A stretch of DNA of 64,000 nucleotides from a virus (taxonomy: Duplodnaviria > Caudoviricetes). Where the stretch lies: IMG/VR virus record IMGVR_UViG_3300025751_000013, positions 1 through 64,000 of that record. One strand, written 5' to 3'. Both the position numbers and the translations under genes were made by a program. The notes beneath the pieces were generated by a model, which saw nothing but the letters and a program-made list of their open reading frames with translations, was not told the origin of the DNA and made no database searches. This document shows, piece by piece, positions 10,172 to 19,271 of this stretch (its first letter is position 1; each line of letters begins with the position of its first letter).

Positions 10172-11007
10172 TTAAAATTGGTGTAAGAGGTAGTAAATTA
10201 GCACTTGCATATGCCGATATTGTTGTTAACAGAATAAAAACAAACTTTAAACCAATTGTAGATATACAAATTGTTCCTATTAAAACAGATGGCGACATTT
10301 ATGCTAAAAAAAATATAGCAGAAATAGGCGGAAAGGGTGTTTTTGTCACAAAAATCGAACAAGAGTTGTTAGCAGGCAATATTGATTTAGCAGTTCATAG
10401 TTTTAAAGATCTTCCTAAGGACTTAGACGATAGAACAGAAATTCGTGCAGTAATGCCAAGGCATGATCCGCGTGATGCTGTTATCGGAAATCTAGTCGAC
10501 GGTTGTAAAATAGGCACAAGTAGTCCTAGACGTAAATTACAACTTGCAAAAATGTTTCCTAACAGTGAAATACTTCCAATAAGAGGTAATATTGACACAA
10601 GAATACAAAAAGTTCGTGACAACGAGTACGATGCTACAATTTTAGCAATGGCAGGACTTGATACAATGAACTTAGGTCACGAAATAAACAAGATACTAGC
10701 ATTAGAAGAATTAGTACCAGCTGTAGGACAAGGAGTTATTGCTGTACAGTCATTAAAAAATCAAAATACAGTATTATTAGAGAAAATTAATCACTTAGAA
10801 ACATATCAGTGTGCAATGGCAGAACGTAACATGCTTCAAATGGTTGACGGTGATTGTGATACCGCTATTGGATCAATTACAAGTATCATTGGCGATATAA
10901 TTTCGCTCGAAGCATACAATTACGAAAATAATAAATCTGTAAAAATGCAATCTAAAGCAATTGATTATCTTAATCTAGGCGAATTAGCTGGTAATAGAAT
11001 AAAATGA
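10168..11007 (+). CDS. hemC: Porphobilinogen deaminase (hydroxymethylbilane synthase), auxiliary metabolic gene
   Basis: RGSKLAL, GGKGVF, DLAVHSFKD (catalytic Asp), GTSSPRR, RGNIDTR, ILAMAGL, PAVGQG, AER..GDC (cofactor Cys). ATGA overlaps on both sides. Confidence 0.93.
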   Translation: MIKIGVRGSKLALAYADIVVNRIKTNFKPIVDIQIVPIKTDGDIYAKKNIAEIGGKGVFVTKIEQELLAGNIDLAVHSFKDLPKDLDDRTEIRAVMPRHDPRDAVIGNLVDGCKIGTSSPRRKLQLAKMFPNSEILPIRGNIDTRIQKVRDNEYDATILAMAGLDTMNLGHEINKILALEELVPAVGQGVIAVQSLKNQNTVLLEKINHLETYQCAMAERNMLQMVDGDCDTAIGSITSIIGDIISLEAYNYENNKSVKMQSKAIDYLNLGELAGNRIK

Positions 11008-11225
11008 ACAACGAAGACGACTTACATACACAATTAGTTCAAGCATACTTAGAATATTTTAAGGCAAATGAATGGTGGGAAAGGAAAAACTCAGTTAGAG
11101 CATATTCCGCAGTTCAAAAGGCAACAAGAGAAATACGTAGAATAGCAAGAGAACGAAATACTGAAATAAAAGAGATACAAAAAGACTATAAAATCAAGTT
11201 TAAAGGCAAACAATACAAGGATTGA
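11004..11225 (+). CDS. Small basic helical hypothetical protein
   Basis: 73 aa, translationally coupled to hemC. Confidence 0.6.
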   Translation: MNNEDDLHTQLVQAYLEYFKANEWWERKNSVRAYSAVQKATREIRRIARERNTEIKEIQKDYKIKFKGKQYKD

Positions 11226-11235
11226 TAAACATTGT

Positions 11236-11670
11236 ATGAATTGGACATATAATGGCGACGAAGTTACAGAAATACCAGATGAGTATGAAGGTTTTGTTTA
11301 CATTATTACTAATTTAACAGATGATCGCAAATACATAGGCAAAAAACTAGCAAAATTTAAAACTACTAAGCCACCCTTAAAAGGCAAAAAAAATAAAAGA
11401 CGCGGATACAAAGAATCAGACTGGAAAGACTATTGGGGGTCTTCAGATAAACTATTAGCAGACGTAGAAAAATTAGGCAAAGACAAGTTCACAAGAGAAA
11501 TACTATATTTTTGTAAAAGCAGAGGCGAAATGTCTTACTTAGAGGCAAGAGAACAGTTTAGTAGGCGAGTATTAGAGACGGACGAGTATTATAACGGTAT
11601 AATAAACGTGCGTGTAGGCGGATCAAACATACTTAGAGAAAATTTAAAGGCACATCAGGACACTATTTAA
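11236..11670 (+). CDS. Small GIY-YIG endonuclease (Seg-like)
   Basis: GFVYIITNLTDDRKYIGKK, ESDWKDYWGSS, YLEAREQ, YYNGII; preceded by a late-promoter-like ATAAACA at 11225-11231. Confidence 0.85.
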   Translation: MNWTYNGDEVTEIPDEYEGFVYIITNLTDDRKYIGKKLAKFKTTKPPLKGKKNKRRGYKESDWKDYWGSSDKLLADVEKLGKDKFTREILYFCKSRGEMSYLEAREQFSRRVLETDEYYNGIINVRVGGSNILRENLKAHQDTI

Positions 11671-12018
11671 AAGCCAAAATCCAGCCGAGGTAATGCTCGT
11701 CGCCGGTGGAGTGGTAAAGTCCAACAGGCTGTATGCTACGAAAACCCCTTAGCACTAGGAACGAAGCGGGGGATAGCGCATTTTGCGTGATGTCGACGTA
11801 GGTTGGGAAAGGTCAGAGCCCAGTAGCAAAGTCAAATACCTACTTCCAATGTCTCGACTATGATACTCACATGAAGATATCTTCGAGGACGACGGGACCC
11901 TGCAAGGTTCCGTCTGACTAATTAATCTACATGAAACTATTACTTCACATTCGTTCAGTTAAAAAGAAGAAATATAGTTTGAGCGATAGCGAAAACTTAT
12001 ATCTACGAAGTAGATATA
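11671..12018 (+). ncRNA. Unidentified structured non-coding element (RNA or ssDNA) directly downstream of the GIY-YIG gene
   Basis: No ORF, more GC-rich than its flanks, several helices and a probable pseudoknot (see findings). Strand inferred from context. Confidence 0.6.
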
Positions 12019-12025
12019 CTAAATA
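12019..12025 (+). promoter_or_regulatory. Late promoter (CTAAATA), nearly leaderless
   Basis: TAAATA core 5 nt before the ATG at 12031. Confidence 0.55.
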
Positions 12026-12030
12026 TATAC

Positions 12031-12591
12031 ATGAAGCTTAATGATATATTAACAGAATCACAATTAGATGAATTTATTCCTTTAACTAAACAAGGAAGAA
12101 TGATTCGACGTGCTGAAAAAGCAGGAGCAGCTGATCTACAAGCTACTGCAAATAAATTATTACAGCAATATGCAGCACATCTTGGAACACAAGAAAAAAA
12201 AGTTAAGACATCTGACTATAATGATTTGTTTGATTTCTTAAAAAGAAAAAATGTTGATACATCTGATATAGATACAACACCTCCGATTAATGCAAAACGG
12301 TTAAAAACTATATTTTTAGCAAAATCTAAACAAGCTATGACTCCTACTCAGTCATCTGGACAAAAAACGCCTAGCAAAGAACCTAAACAACCTGCAACAA
12401 AAGTAAGTAGTGCATATATGTCAACAAAAAATGCTGCGCTAAAGTTAAATTCAAAAGAAAAACGTAGATTAATAGCACAATTACAAAAATCTGTTGATAA
12501 TACTGCAAGACCTAAAAAACAACCTACTATAGTTGATAAGAACTTTGATAAAAGTCAACGTTTAAGCCAATATGGTAAAGTTGGCAAGTGA
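12031..12591 (+). CDS. Basic protein, possible internal head protein
   Basis: 186 aa, Lys-rich; N-terminus MKLNDILTESQLDE carries L-x-E sites of the T4 prohead-protease type. Confidence 0.5.
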   Translation: MKLNDILTESQLDEFIPLTKQGRMIRRAEKAGAADLQATANKLLQQYAAHLGTQEKKVKTSDYNDLFDFLKRKNVDTSDIDTTPPINAKRLKTIFLAKSKQAMTPTQSSGQKTPSKEPKQPATKVSSAYMSTKNAALKLNSKEKRRLIAQLQKSVDNTARPKKQPTIVDKNFDKSQRLSQYGKVGK

Positions 12592-12804
12592 TTAGAAGAA
12601 TGGCAGTCCGCTTTTCTTAGTAGTTTCCATATTATTTTTAACAATACCGCTAATTATTTCTCTATCTTCAGGTGATAATGAAAATGCTTCTTCAAGATTA
12701 CAACCTCCTCGCATAAACCATGCTAATTGTATGACTTCATGCTTTAGTTGTTTTTGTTCTTCTTTTAATTTCTTATCTTCTGCTAGAATTTCAGTCAGAT
12801 TCAT
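12592..12804 (-). CDS. gp51-like short ORF, probably the -1 frameshift extension of the upstream gene
   Basis: LAWFMRGG..EEAF.LSPEDRE motif; no clear RBS; its frame is open back to a T-TTT-TTC heptamer at 12822-12828. Confidence 0.6.
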   Translation of the reverse strand: MNLTEILAEDKKLKEEQKQLKHEVIQLAWFMRGGCNLEEAFSLSPEDREIISGIVKNNMETTKKSGLPFF

Positions 12805-12815
12805 TGAAAGAAGTT

Positions 12816-13706
12816 TTATCCGAAAAAATTTGATTGGTCAAATGTAATAGGAATTTGAAAAGTTTTTGGAGCACCAGCGTTTTGTTCATCTTCTGTAGTG
12901 TTTACTGTCATAGGCTCTAATTCAAACTGTGATCTTTGAATTTCTAAATGTTCTTTAACTCCAGTATAGAAGGTTTTATCTGAATTTTTAATAAATTCTT
13001 CTATATGACCTCTATTTGTTACAGTTTGATCTTCAACTCGTATGCTTACTACACTTTTGCACAACATATCGATGGTTAGTGCAGTTAATTTTGAGAAACT
13101 TTCATTAAACTTTGACATTTTTTCACTATCAGGAACAGTATCGTCGTTAACTAGATTAAAGATACGCTGTTCTTCAAACGTTTTTAAACTACTTTCAGTA
13201 AACTCTCTATAAGTTAATGGTCGAATTGTTACTCCTAGTCCATTAATTGTACTTTCAGAGTGAAACTCATTAGATAAAAGTTTATTAAGTAACTGTCTAA
13301 GGTCAACAGTATAGTCTTTCTCTATACCTGCACCTGGAATTTTAGTAGTTAGTGTTAGTTCTTCGCCATATGTTGCAACTCGAATGCCTACAAGTACTGC
13401 ATCAAGATCGATACTTGGCATATGCCATGGATCAATTATAGCAGGAATACAACTCTTAATTACATCAACAGTTGCTTGTCCGTTTAACAACGCATCTGGT
13501 GTTTTAATAGTAATTTCGTCTTTAGCAGTCATTGGAAATACCGGAAGTTCACCGTTATCGGGTAATTCGAGTGTGCCTTCTGGGTAAAAATTACCTTTAC
13601 TAGGCAATGTTATGTATACTTTAGGTTGTCTAAAGTATTTTTGCAGCGGGTTAGGCTGAAAATCTTGATTATTTCCCTGAAATGCATTAGGGTCGAACTC
13701 TGGCAT
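12816..13706 (-). CDS. Baseplate hub assembly / tail assembly chaperone, T4 gp26-like
   Basis: YITLPSKG.FY..PMTAKDE..DLDAVLVGIRVATYGE..FDQSNFF. Start placed at 13706 because GGAG lies 6 nt upstream (the track uses 13718). Confidence 0.75.
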   Translation of the reverse strand: MPEFDPNAFQGNNQDFQPNPLQKYFRQPKVYITLPSKGNFYPEGTLELPDNGELPVFPMTAKDEITIKTPDALLNGQATVDVIKSCIPAIIDPWHMPSIDLDAVLVGIRVATYGEELTLTTKIPGAGIEKDYTVDLRQLLNKLLSNEFHSESTINGLGVTIRPLTYREFTESSLKTFEEQRIFNLVNDDTVPDSEKMSKFNESFSKLTALTIDMLCKSVVSIRVEDQTVTNRGHIEEFIKNSDKTFYTGVKEHLEIQRSQFELEPMTVNTTEDEQNAGAPKTFQIPITFDQSNFFG

Positions 13707-13717
13707 GGTAATCTCCA

Positions 13718-13752
13718 TATAAATACAATGTAAAGTATATATCTATATTTAT
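13718..13752. promoter_or_regulatory. Face-to-face late promoters: TATAAATA (+, 13718-13725) and ATAAATA (-, 13746-13752)
   Basis: The T4 late consensus occurs on both strands in the short divergent intergenic region. Confidence 0.6.
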
Positions 13753-13779
13753 TAAGTGCGCAGTTTATAGGAATTAGGG

Positions 13780-16700
13780 TTGGCTGAAGAAATTGAAATT
13801 GGTAATTTTGGTAAAGGCGGTGTTGCTAGTGAAGAAACCTTAAAAGATCTTCTCAAAGCAATTGAACACCTTGCTAAAAAAGAAGGATTTGATCCTAAAA
13901 AGTCAGCTGACAAAGCAAAAAAACTTGCAGATGCTTTTGATAAAGGCATTGATGTTGTAACTGACCATAGAGATGCACTAAATGAAAATACAAAGTCTGT
14001 AAAGCGTAATACAAATGTATTAAGCAAGAGTTTAGGCGTACTTGGAGTTGGTATTGTTGCTATAGGTACAAGTTTAAGTAATTTTACTAAAGAACTTATC
14101 GACGGCGGCAGTAGTTTAACTGATTTTACAAAGCATATACCGATATTTGGTAGTACTATTGCAGGTTTAACTGGATATTTTGATGACACGCTAGAAAGTT
14201 TTAGAGAAATATCTCGTGTAGGCGGTTCAATGGGCAACAGTTTAGAAGAAGTAAGGCGTAGTTCGGCTCAATTGTTTATGACTTTAGACGAGTTTACAGG
14301 ATTTGTTAAAGGAAATTCTAAAGAATTATCAACATTTGGCGGAACTGTTACACAAGGTGTTCGTAGAGTTGCTGATTTACAAAAAGCACTAGATAAAACT
14401 ACACGTAATCAACTTTTAAATATGGGTTTGACATTTGAAGACATTAACGAGTCACTTATGAGATATGCTGTACTTGACAGAGCAGGATCAAGGACAAGAC
14501 AAATAAATGATGCCCAGCTTGCTTTAAATGCAGCAAGTTACGCTAAAAGTTTAAGTACACTGTCAAAATTAACAGGTGAAGAAATAGATTCACTTGAAGC
14601 AAAGGCTGCTGCTAATCAAAATGATATTGCTTACCAAATGGCAATGTCTAAAATGGATGAAACTGAAAGAGAAAAAGTTCGTTCTGGTATGGCTGAAGTT
14701 ACTGCACTATACGGCGAAACTGGAGCAGAGTTTTATAAACAACAAATATTAGGTATAGGTCCTGTAACTGATGCAACTGCTATGTTAGCAGCAGGGCTTC
14801 CGGGAATTGCAGAACAAATAAAACTTACAGCCGCACTAACAAAAGATGCAAATACTGACCTGAAAGCGTTTGAAGGAGGATCTATTGATAGATTTGTAGA
14901 AGGCGTTAAAGCAGCAGCAGCATCGTCAGATGATTTAGAAGGTTTATTAACAGTTGCAGCCGCAGGCATGGACGGGCCTGGTAAAGAATTAGCATTAATT
15001 TTACAATCTATGGGCAAGAACTTTACTGATTATATGGATAACGGTATTTTTGACGAAAAAAGATTAAGAGATGATCTCGAAAAAGCTAAAAAAGAATCTG
15101 ATTCTAGAGACAGTACAACAAATGCATTAGTTACTTTTAATCAGGCTATCAAGAATGCAAGAAAAGAAATTACAGATAACTTTATTGACAGCGGAGTGTT
15201 CAGAGTAATATCACAATCAGTAGAAAGTATTGCAAATATGTTAGGTTCGGAAGGATTTATTACTCTTCTAAAAGATGCAATAGTAACTATTACCGATTGG
15301 ACTGAAAGTTTTATTACTACTTTAAGTGTTGACGGATTTAAATCAGCAATGAATATGTTGTGGACAGACATTACACAAGTAATCAAAGATTTCTTTATGG
15401 GTGTTACTGCTGAAGAACAAAAACAAAGGGCATTAGATGACAAAGCCACAGTTGAATCTCAACTTTCAAAAGTTTTAGCCAAACAATTTGAACAAGAGAT
15501 GTTAGCCGCTTCTAGTCCAGATGAGGAAACAAGATCGAAAGCTGTAAAAGAACTTGCAAGATTAGAAGAACAATACAAAATACTTGAAGAAAAGAAAGCA
15601 TCTCTAGATAAAGAACTTCAAAAAAATGACTATGTAGACAAGACTGGTACTTTGTCTACAGTTGGTAGTGCAATTACTAAAGCAATTACTGATAAAATAG
15701 ATGGAAGTTTACTCGATCTTAAACCATTTAAACCAAATGAAGCCGGTCAACTAGAAGATGGGTTATTTCTTAGTGCTGAGACTAAGAAAGCTATTAATGA
15801 CCTGTTTGGTGAAAACGGTACACTAATGGATGAAATTGGAACAGTTATTGTAGCTGGGTTTACTGGTTTATTTTTACTTCCTGCTGTAACCGCAGGTGTA
15901 GCAACAGCAATTGCAACAGGAATTGGAACAGCATTAACAACTGCATTCTCAGGAAGCGGAGGACTACCTTCCGATTTAGAAGAATTTACAGGCAAGGATG
16001 GAAAAACAAGAGTAAGAAATAAAACATCTAAAAAAATAGCAGCAGATCCAAGAAAACTTAAAGCACCAGCAGGCACTAAATTTGTAGAAGGACTTGGCAA
16101 AGGCGGCAAAGGAGAAGGCGGCTTATTAGGAGGCGCAGCTAGAGGACTAGCAGTTTGGGGAAGTCCTGTTGGAGCTAAGGCAGTATTAGGCGCTGCTGCT
16201 CTTGGAACAGCAATAGGTGCAATTGCAACGGGAATAGGCGTCGGTGTATGGGTACTAGGAGAAAGTTTTGGTACTTTTTCTGAAAATATGAAAGAGTTTG
16301 AAAACTTAGACGGAGAAAAATTAAAATCAGTAGGTCAAGGTATGAGAGCTGTAGGTTTAGGTATAGGCACACTCGGAGTAGGTAAAGTAGCAGACGGTTT
16401 AGGAAACTTTATACAGGGCATCGGTGGCTTTTTAGGAAATCTATTTTCGATTGCTAGTGGCAAAGGCAAACAAAAATCAACTTATGAATTACTAGAAGAA
16501 TTCCAAGGTATGGAAATCGATACTGCTACTATTAAACTAAAAGCAGAAGCTTTACAAGCATTTGCAACAGGTATGAATACGTTAGGAGCAGGTTTAAAAT
16601 ACGAAGGTTTAGCAAACTTTTGGAACGGGGTAGCAGATTTCTTTTTTGGAGAAGATACAGATCCATTTAAAGAAATTAAAGAATTTGGATCTACAAAATT

Positions 16701-17256
16701 TGAAAGCGAATTTCTTGAAAACAATTTAAAAGTACTAGAAGCATTTGCAACAGGCATGAGCACATTGGCTCAAGTTAACAACGGCGAAACAGTAAGTTAT
16801 GGTAGCATCTCTTCATTAAAAATAAATCTACAGAAGTTAGGCCAAGTAAAAGGATTAAAAGGAACAGCAGAAGGAATTGCTGAACTTGCTAATATTACTA
16901 ATGTAAAAACTAAATTAAATGATTTAGCATCTGCAGATATTGAAGGAATAACAAATACAGCTGAAGCAATTAAAAAATTAGCTGATTCATTTATTGAATT
17001 AAACAAAGCACTTGCAGATAAAAACAGCGGCATCCGCGAAAGCGGAGTTAGCACTGCATCACTTCTTAATGAAGGTAAATTTAATTTAGGCAGCGGATCA
17101 GGTCTAACTGAGGAAACAGTAAAAGAGTTAAATAGTATATTAGCGAAAATAGAAGAACATACTATGTGGTCTAGCAGATATAATAAGACAATGTCTAAGA
17201 ACATAGCAGGTATAGCCAATAATAATCTTGCTGACGGAAATATAACGAGCCCGTAA
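13780..17256 (+). CDS. Tape-measure-like tail protein
   Basis: 1158 aa, helical, A/G/L/K-rich, with hydrophobic Gly-rich stretches; adjacent to the chaperone pair; TTG start. Confidence 0.65.
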   Translation: MAEEIEIGNFGKGGVASEETLKDLLKAIEHLAKKEGFDPKKSADKAKKLADAFDKGIDVVTDHRDALNENTKSVKRNTNVLSKSLGVLGVGIVAIGTSLSNFTKELIDGGSSLTDFTKHIPIFGSTIAGLTGYFDDTLESFREISRVGGSMGNSLEEVRRSSAQLFMTLDEFTGFVKGNSKELSTFGGTVTQGVRRVADLQKALDKTTRNQLLNMGLTFEDINESLMRYAVLDRAGSRTRQINDAQLALNAASYAKSLSTLSKLTGEEIDSLEAKAAANQNDIAYQMAMSKMDETEREKVRSGMAEVTALYGETGAEFYKQQILGIGPVTDATAMLAAGLPGIAEQIKLTAALTKDANTDLKAFEGGSIDRFVEGVKAAAASSDDLEGLLTVAAAGMDGPGKELALILQSMGKNFTDYMDNGIFDEKRLRDDLEKAKKESDSRDSTTNALVTFNQAIKNARKEITDNFIDSGVFRVISQSVESIANMLGSEGFITLLKDAIVTITDWTESFITTLSVDGFKSAMNMLWTDITQVIKDFFMGVTAEEQKQRALDDKATVESQLSKVLAKQFEQEMLAASSPDEETRSKAVKELARLEEQYKILEEKKASLDKELQKNDYVDKTGTLSTVGSAITKAITDKIDGSLLDLKPFKPNEAGQLEDGLFLSAETKKAINDLFGENGTLMDEIGTVIVAGFTGLFLLPAVTAGVATAIATGIGTALTTAFSGSGGLPSDLEEFTGKDGKTRVRNKTSKKIAADPRKLKAPAGTKFVEGLGKGGKGEGGLLGGAARGLAVWGSPVGAKAVLGAAALGTAIGAIATGIGVGVWVLGESFGTFSENMKEFENLDGEKLKSVGQGMRAVGLGIGTLGVGKVADGLGNFIQGIGGFLGNLFSIASGKGKQKSTYELLEEFQGMEIDTATIKLKAEALQAFATGMNTLGAGLKYEGLANFWNGVADFFFGEDTDPFKEIKEFGSTKFESEFLENNLKVLEAFATGMSTLAQVNNGETVSYGSISSLKINLQKLGQVKGLKGTAEGIAELANITNVKTKLNDLASADIEGITNTAEAIKKLADSFIELNKALADKNSGIRESGVSTASLLNEGKFNLGSGSGLTEETVKELNSILAKIEEHTMWSSRYNKTMSKNIAGIANNNLADGNITSP

Positions 17257-17268
17257 GGAAAACAAAAA

Positions 17269-19014
17269 ATGTCTTGGAAAAAATATTTTACACCAGTACC
17301 AACTGTAAATAACCCTAGTGGAAGCTATAGTCCATTTAGTAATCGCAACTCTGGTAGTATGCCTGGTCCTGCTAGATCAAACTATTCGAGTTATTTGCCT
17401 GATGTATATGTTGGTACACCTAATCGTGTTGAACGTTATGGCCAGTACAACACAATGGATCTTGATTCAGAGGTTAATGCTGCTTTAGATATCCTTGCAG
17501 AGTTTTGTTCTCAACTTAATGATCAAAACGGTACACATTTTATAACTGAATTTAATAAAAAGGCAACAAATACTGAAGTTACAATACTTGCCCAGTATCT
17601 AAAGCAATGGTGTAAGATACAAAAATTTGATACACGTATGTTTAGAATACTAAGAAATGTATTCAAGTACGGTGACCAAATTTTTATTAGAGATCCAGAA
17701 ACTAGAAAATGGTTTCATACTGATCCATCTAATGTAACAAAAATTATTGTTAACGAATCAGAAGGCAAAGTGCCTGAACAGTATGTTGTAAAAAACTTTA
17801 ATGTAAATTTTGTAGATATGGTTGCAACAACTCCGTTTGATACTAACGGTAATGTAACAGGCGGCGGCAGTGGATATTTAACTGGCGGTGTTAGAGGAAT
17901 GGTTGGTAATAACCCAATTAACAACGGCAACCGTTGGCAAAATGAAGAAAATGAAATTACAGTTGATGCAAAACATGTAGTGCATTTAAGTTTATCAGAA
18001 GGCTTAGATAAAAATTATCCGTTTGGTAATTCACTATTAGAAACTGTATTTAAAGTATACAAACAAAAAGAATTACTTGAAGATGCGATTATTATCTATC
18101 GTGTTCAACGTGCTCCTGAGCGCAGAGTATTCTACGTTGATGTGGGTAACATGCCATCACACCTTGCTATGCAGTTTGTGGAGCGTGTAAAGACCGAAAT
18201 TCACCAAAGAAGAATCCCATCGGCGACTGGAGGAGGGCAAAATGTCATAGACAGTTCTTATAATCCTCTGTCAATTAACGAAGACTACTTCTTTCCACAA
18301 ACGGCTGAGGGCCGTGGATCTAAAGTTGAGACATTGCCAGGTGGAACTAATCTAGGAGAAATTGATGACCTTAGATATTTTACTAACAAGTTAGTTCGCG
18401 GCTTGCGTATTCCGTCAAGTTATCTACCTACTGGTGCAGATGATGCAAGTAGCCAATATAATGACGGTAGAGTAGGAACAGCATACATTCAAGAATTAAG
18501 ATTTAATACATATTGTGAACGTTTACAAGGATTAGTTGCTGAGCAGTTTGATACTGAGTTTAAACGTTATGTATTAGAAAAAGGTGTAAACATAGATACA
18601 AATATGTTTCAACTTAAATTCCAACCACCGCAGAACTTTGCAAGTTATAGACAGAGTGAAATTGATAATGCACGAGTGCCTACGTATACACAAATGGCAG
18701 CACTGCCTTACATTTCAAATAGATTTGCTCTTGATAGATTCTTAGGTTTATCAGCTGAAGAGATTGCAGAAAATGAACGCTTATGGCGTGAAGAAAATGA
18801 AGAAACACTTGAGCCAACAGCAACTGACGCAGGCGGCGAAATGCGTAGTGCTGGTATAAGTAGTGCTGGTATAGAAAGTGACTTAGGCGGGATTGAAGAT
18901 GTAGATGATACAGGTGAAGCACCAATACAAGGCTCGGAAGGCGATTCACCCGAAACTGCAACAGGCGATTCGCCTATGCCAGGCGGCGGAGCAAATGCTG
19001 AGCAAACGATATAA
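17269..19014 (+). CDS. gp20: Portal protein, T4 gp20-like
   Basis: LEDAIIIYRVQRAPERRVFYVDVGNMP, EDYFFP, GRGSKVETLPGG.NLGEIDD..YF, LRIPSSYL. Confidence 0.95.
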   Translation: MSWKKYFTPVPTVNNPSGSYSPFSNRNSGSMPGPARSNYSSYLPDVYVGTPNRVERYGQYNTMDLDSEVNAALDILAEFCSQLNDQNGTHFITEFNKKATNTEVTILAQYLKQWCKIQKFDTRMFRILRNVFKYGDQIFIRDPETRKWFHTDPSNVTKIIVNESEGKVPEQYVVKNFNVNFVDMVATTPFDTNGNVTGGGSGYLTGGVRGMVGNNPINNGNRWQNEENEITVDAKHVVHLSLSEGLDKNYPFGNSLLETVFKVYKQKELLEDAIIIYRVQRAPERRVFYVDVGNMPSHLAMQFVERVKTEIHQRRIPSATGGGQNVIDSSYNPLSINEDYFFPQTAEGRGSKVETLPGGTNLGEIDDLRYFTNKLVRGLRIPSSYLPTGADDASSQYNDGRVGTAYIQELRFNTYCERLQGLVAEQFDTEFKRYVLEKGVNIDTNMFQLKFQPPQNFASYRQSEIDNARVPTYTQMAALPYISNRFALDRFLGLSAEEIAENERLWREENEETLEPTATDAGGEMRSAGISSAGIESDLGGIEDVDDTGEAPIQGSEGDSPETATGDSPMPGGGANAEQTI

Positions 19015-19022
19015 ATAATACT

Positions 19023-19271
19023 ATGATACTGAGAGAAATATTTTATTTTGATAAAGAAACTGTAGAGCCTGTAGAAGATGATCGCTACGAGCCTGAAAAC
19101 GATGTGTCACCTATTGACTATGACGACACAAGAAAAACTAGACTAACTCTTAAACAAATTAATAGAATTAGAAAAGCATCTGATTTACACGCAGAAGAAA
19201 AGAAAAAAGATCTTCAATTTGTAAGACAAATGTACGGAATGGCAGCAAACGCAGCAGCTGAAGGTGTCTAA
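19023..19271 (+). CDS. Conserved head-module hypothetical protein
   Basis: 82 aa following TATAAATA (19010-19017); RKTRLTLKQINRIRK. Confidence 0.65.
   Translation: MILREIFYFDKETVEPVEDDRYEPENDVSPIDYDDTRKTRLTLKQINRIRKASDLHAEEKKKDLQFVRQMYGMAANAAAEGV

Noticed and set aside
11004-11225. Histone H1/Hc1-like assignment
   Set aside because: Only a vague basic-helix resemblance; left as hypothetical.
11671-11940. Group I or II intron, or RNase P RNA
   Set aside because: GACTA and AAGATAT fragments occur but cannot form P7. There is no group II domain V and no interrupted host gene. GTAAAGTCC lacks the matching RNase P 3' P4 strand.
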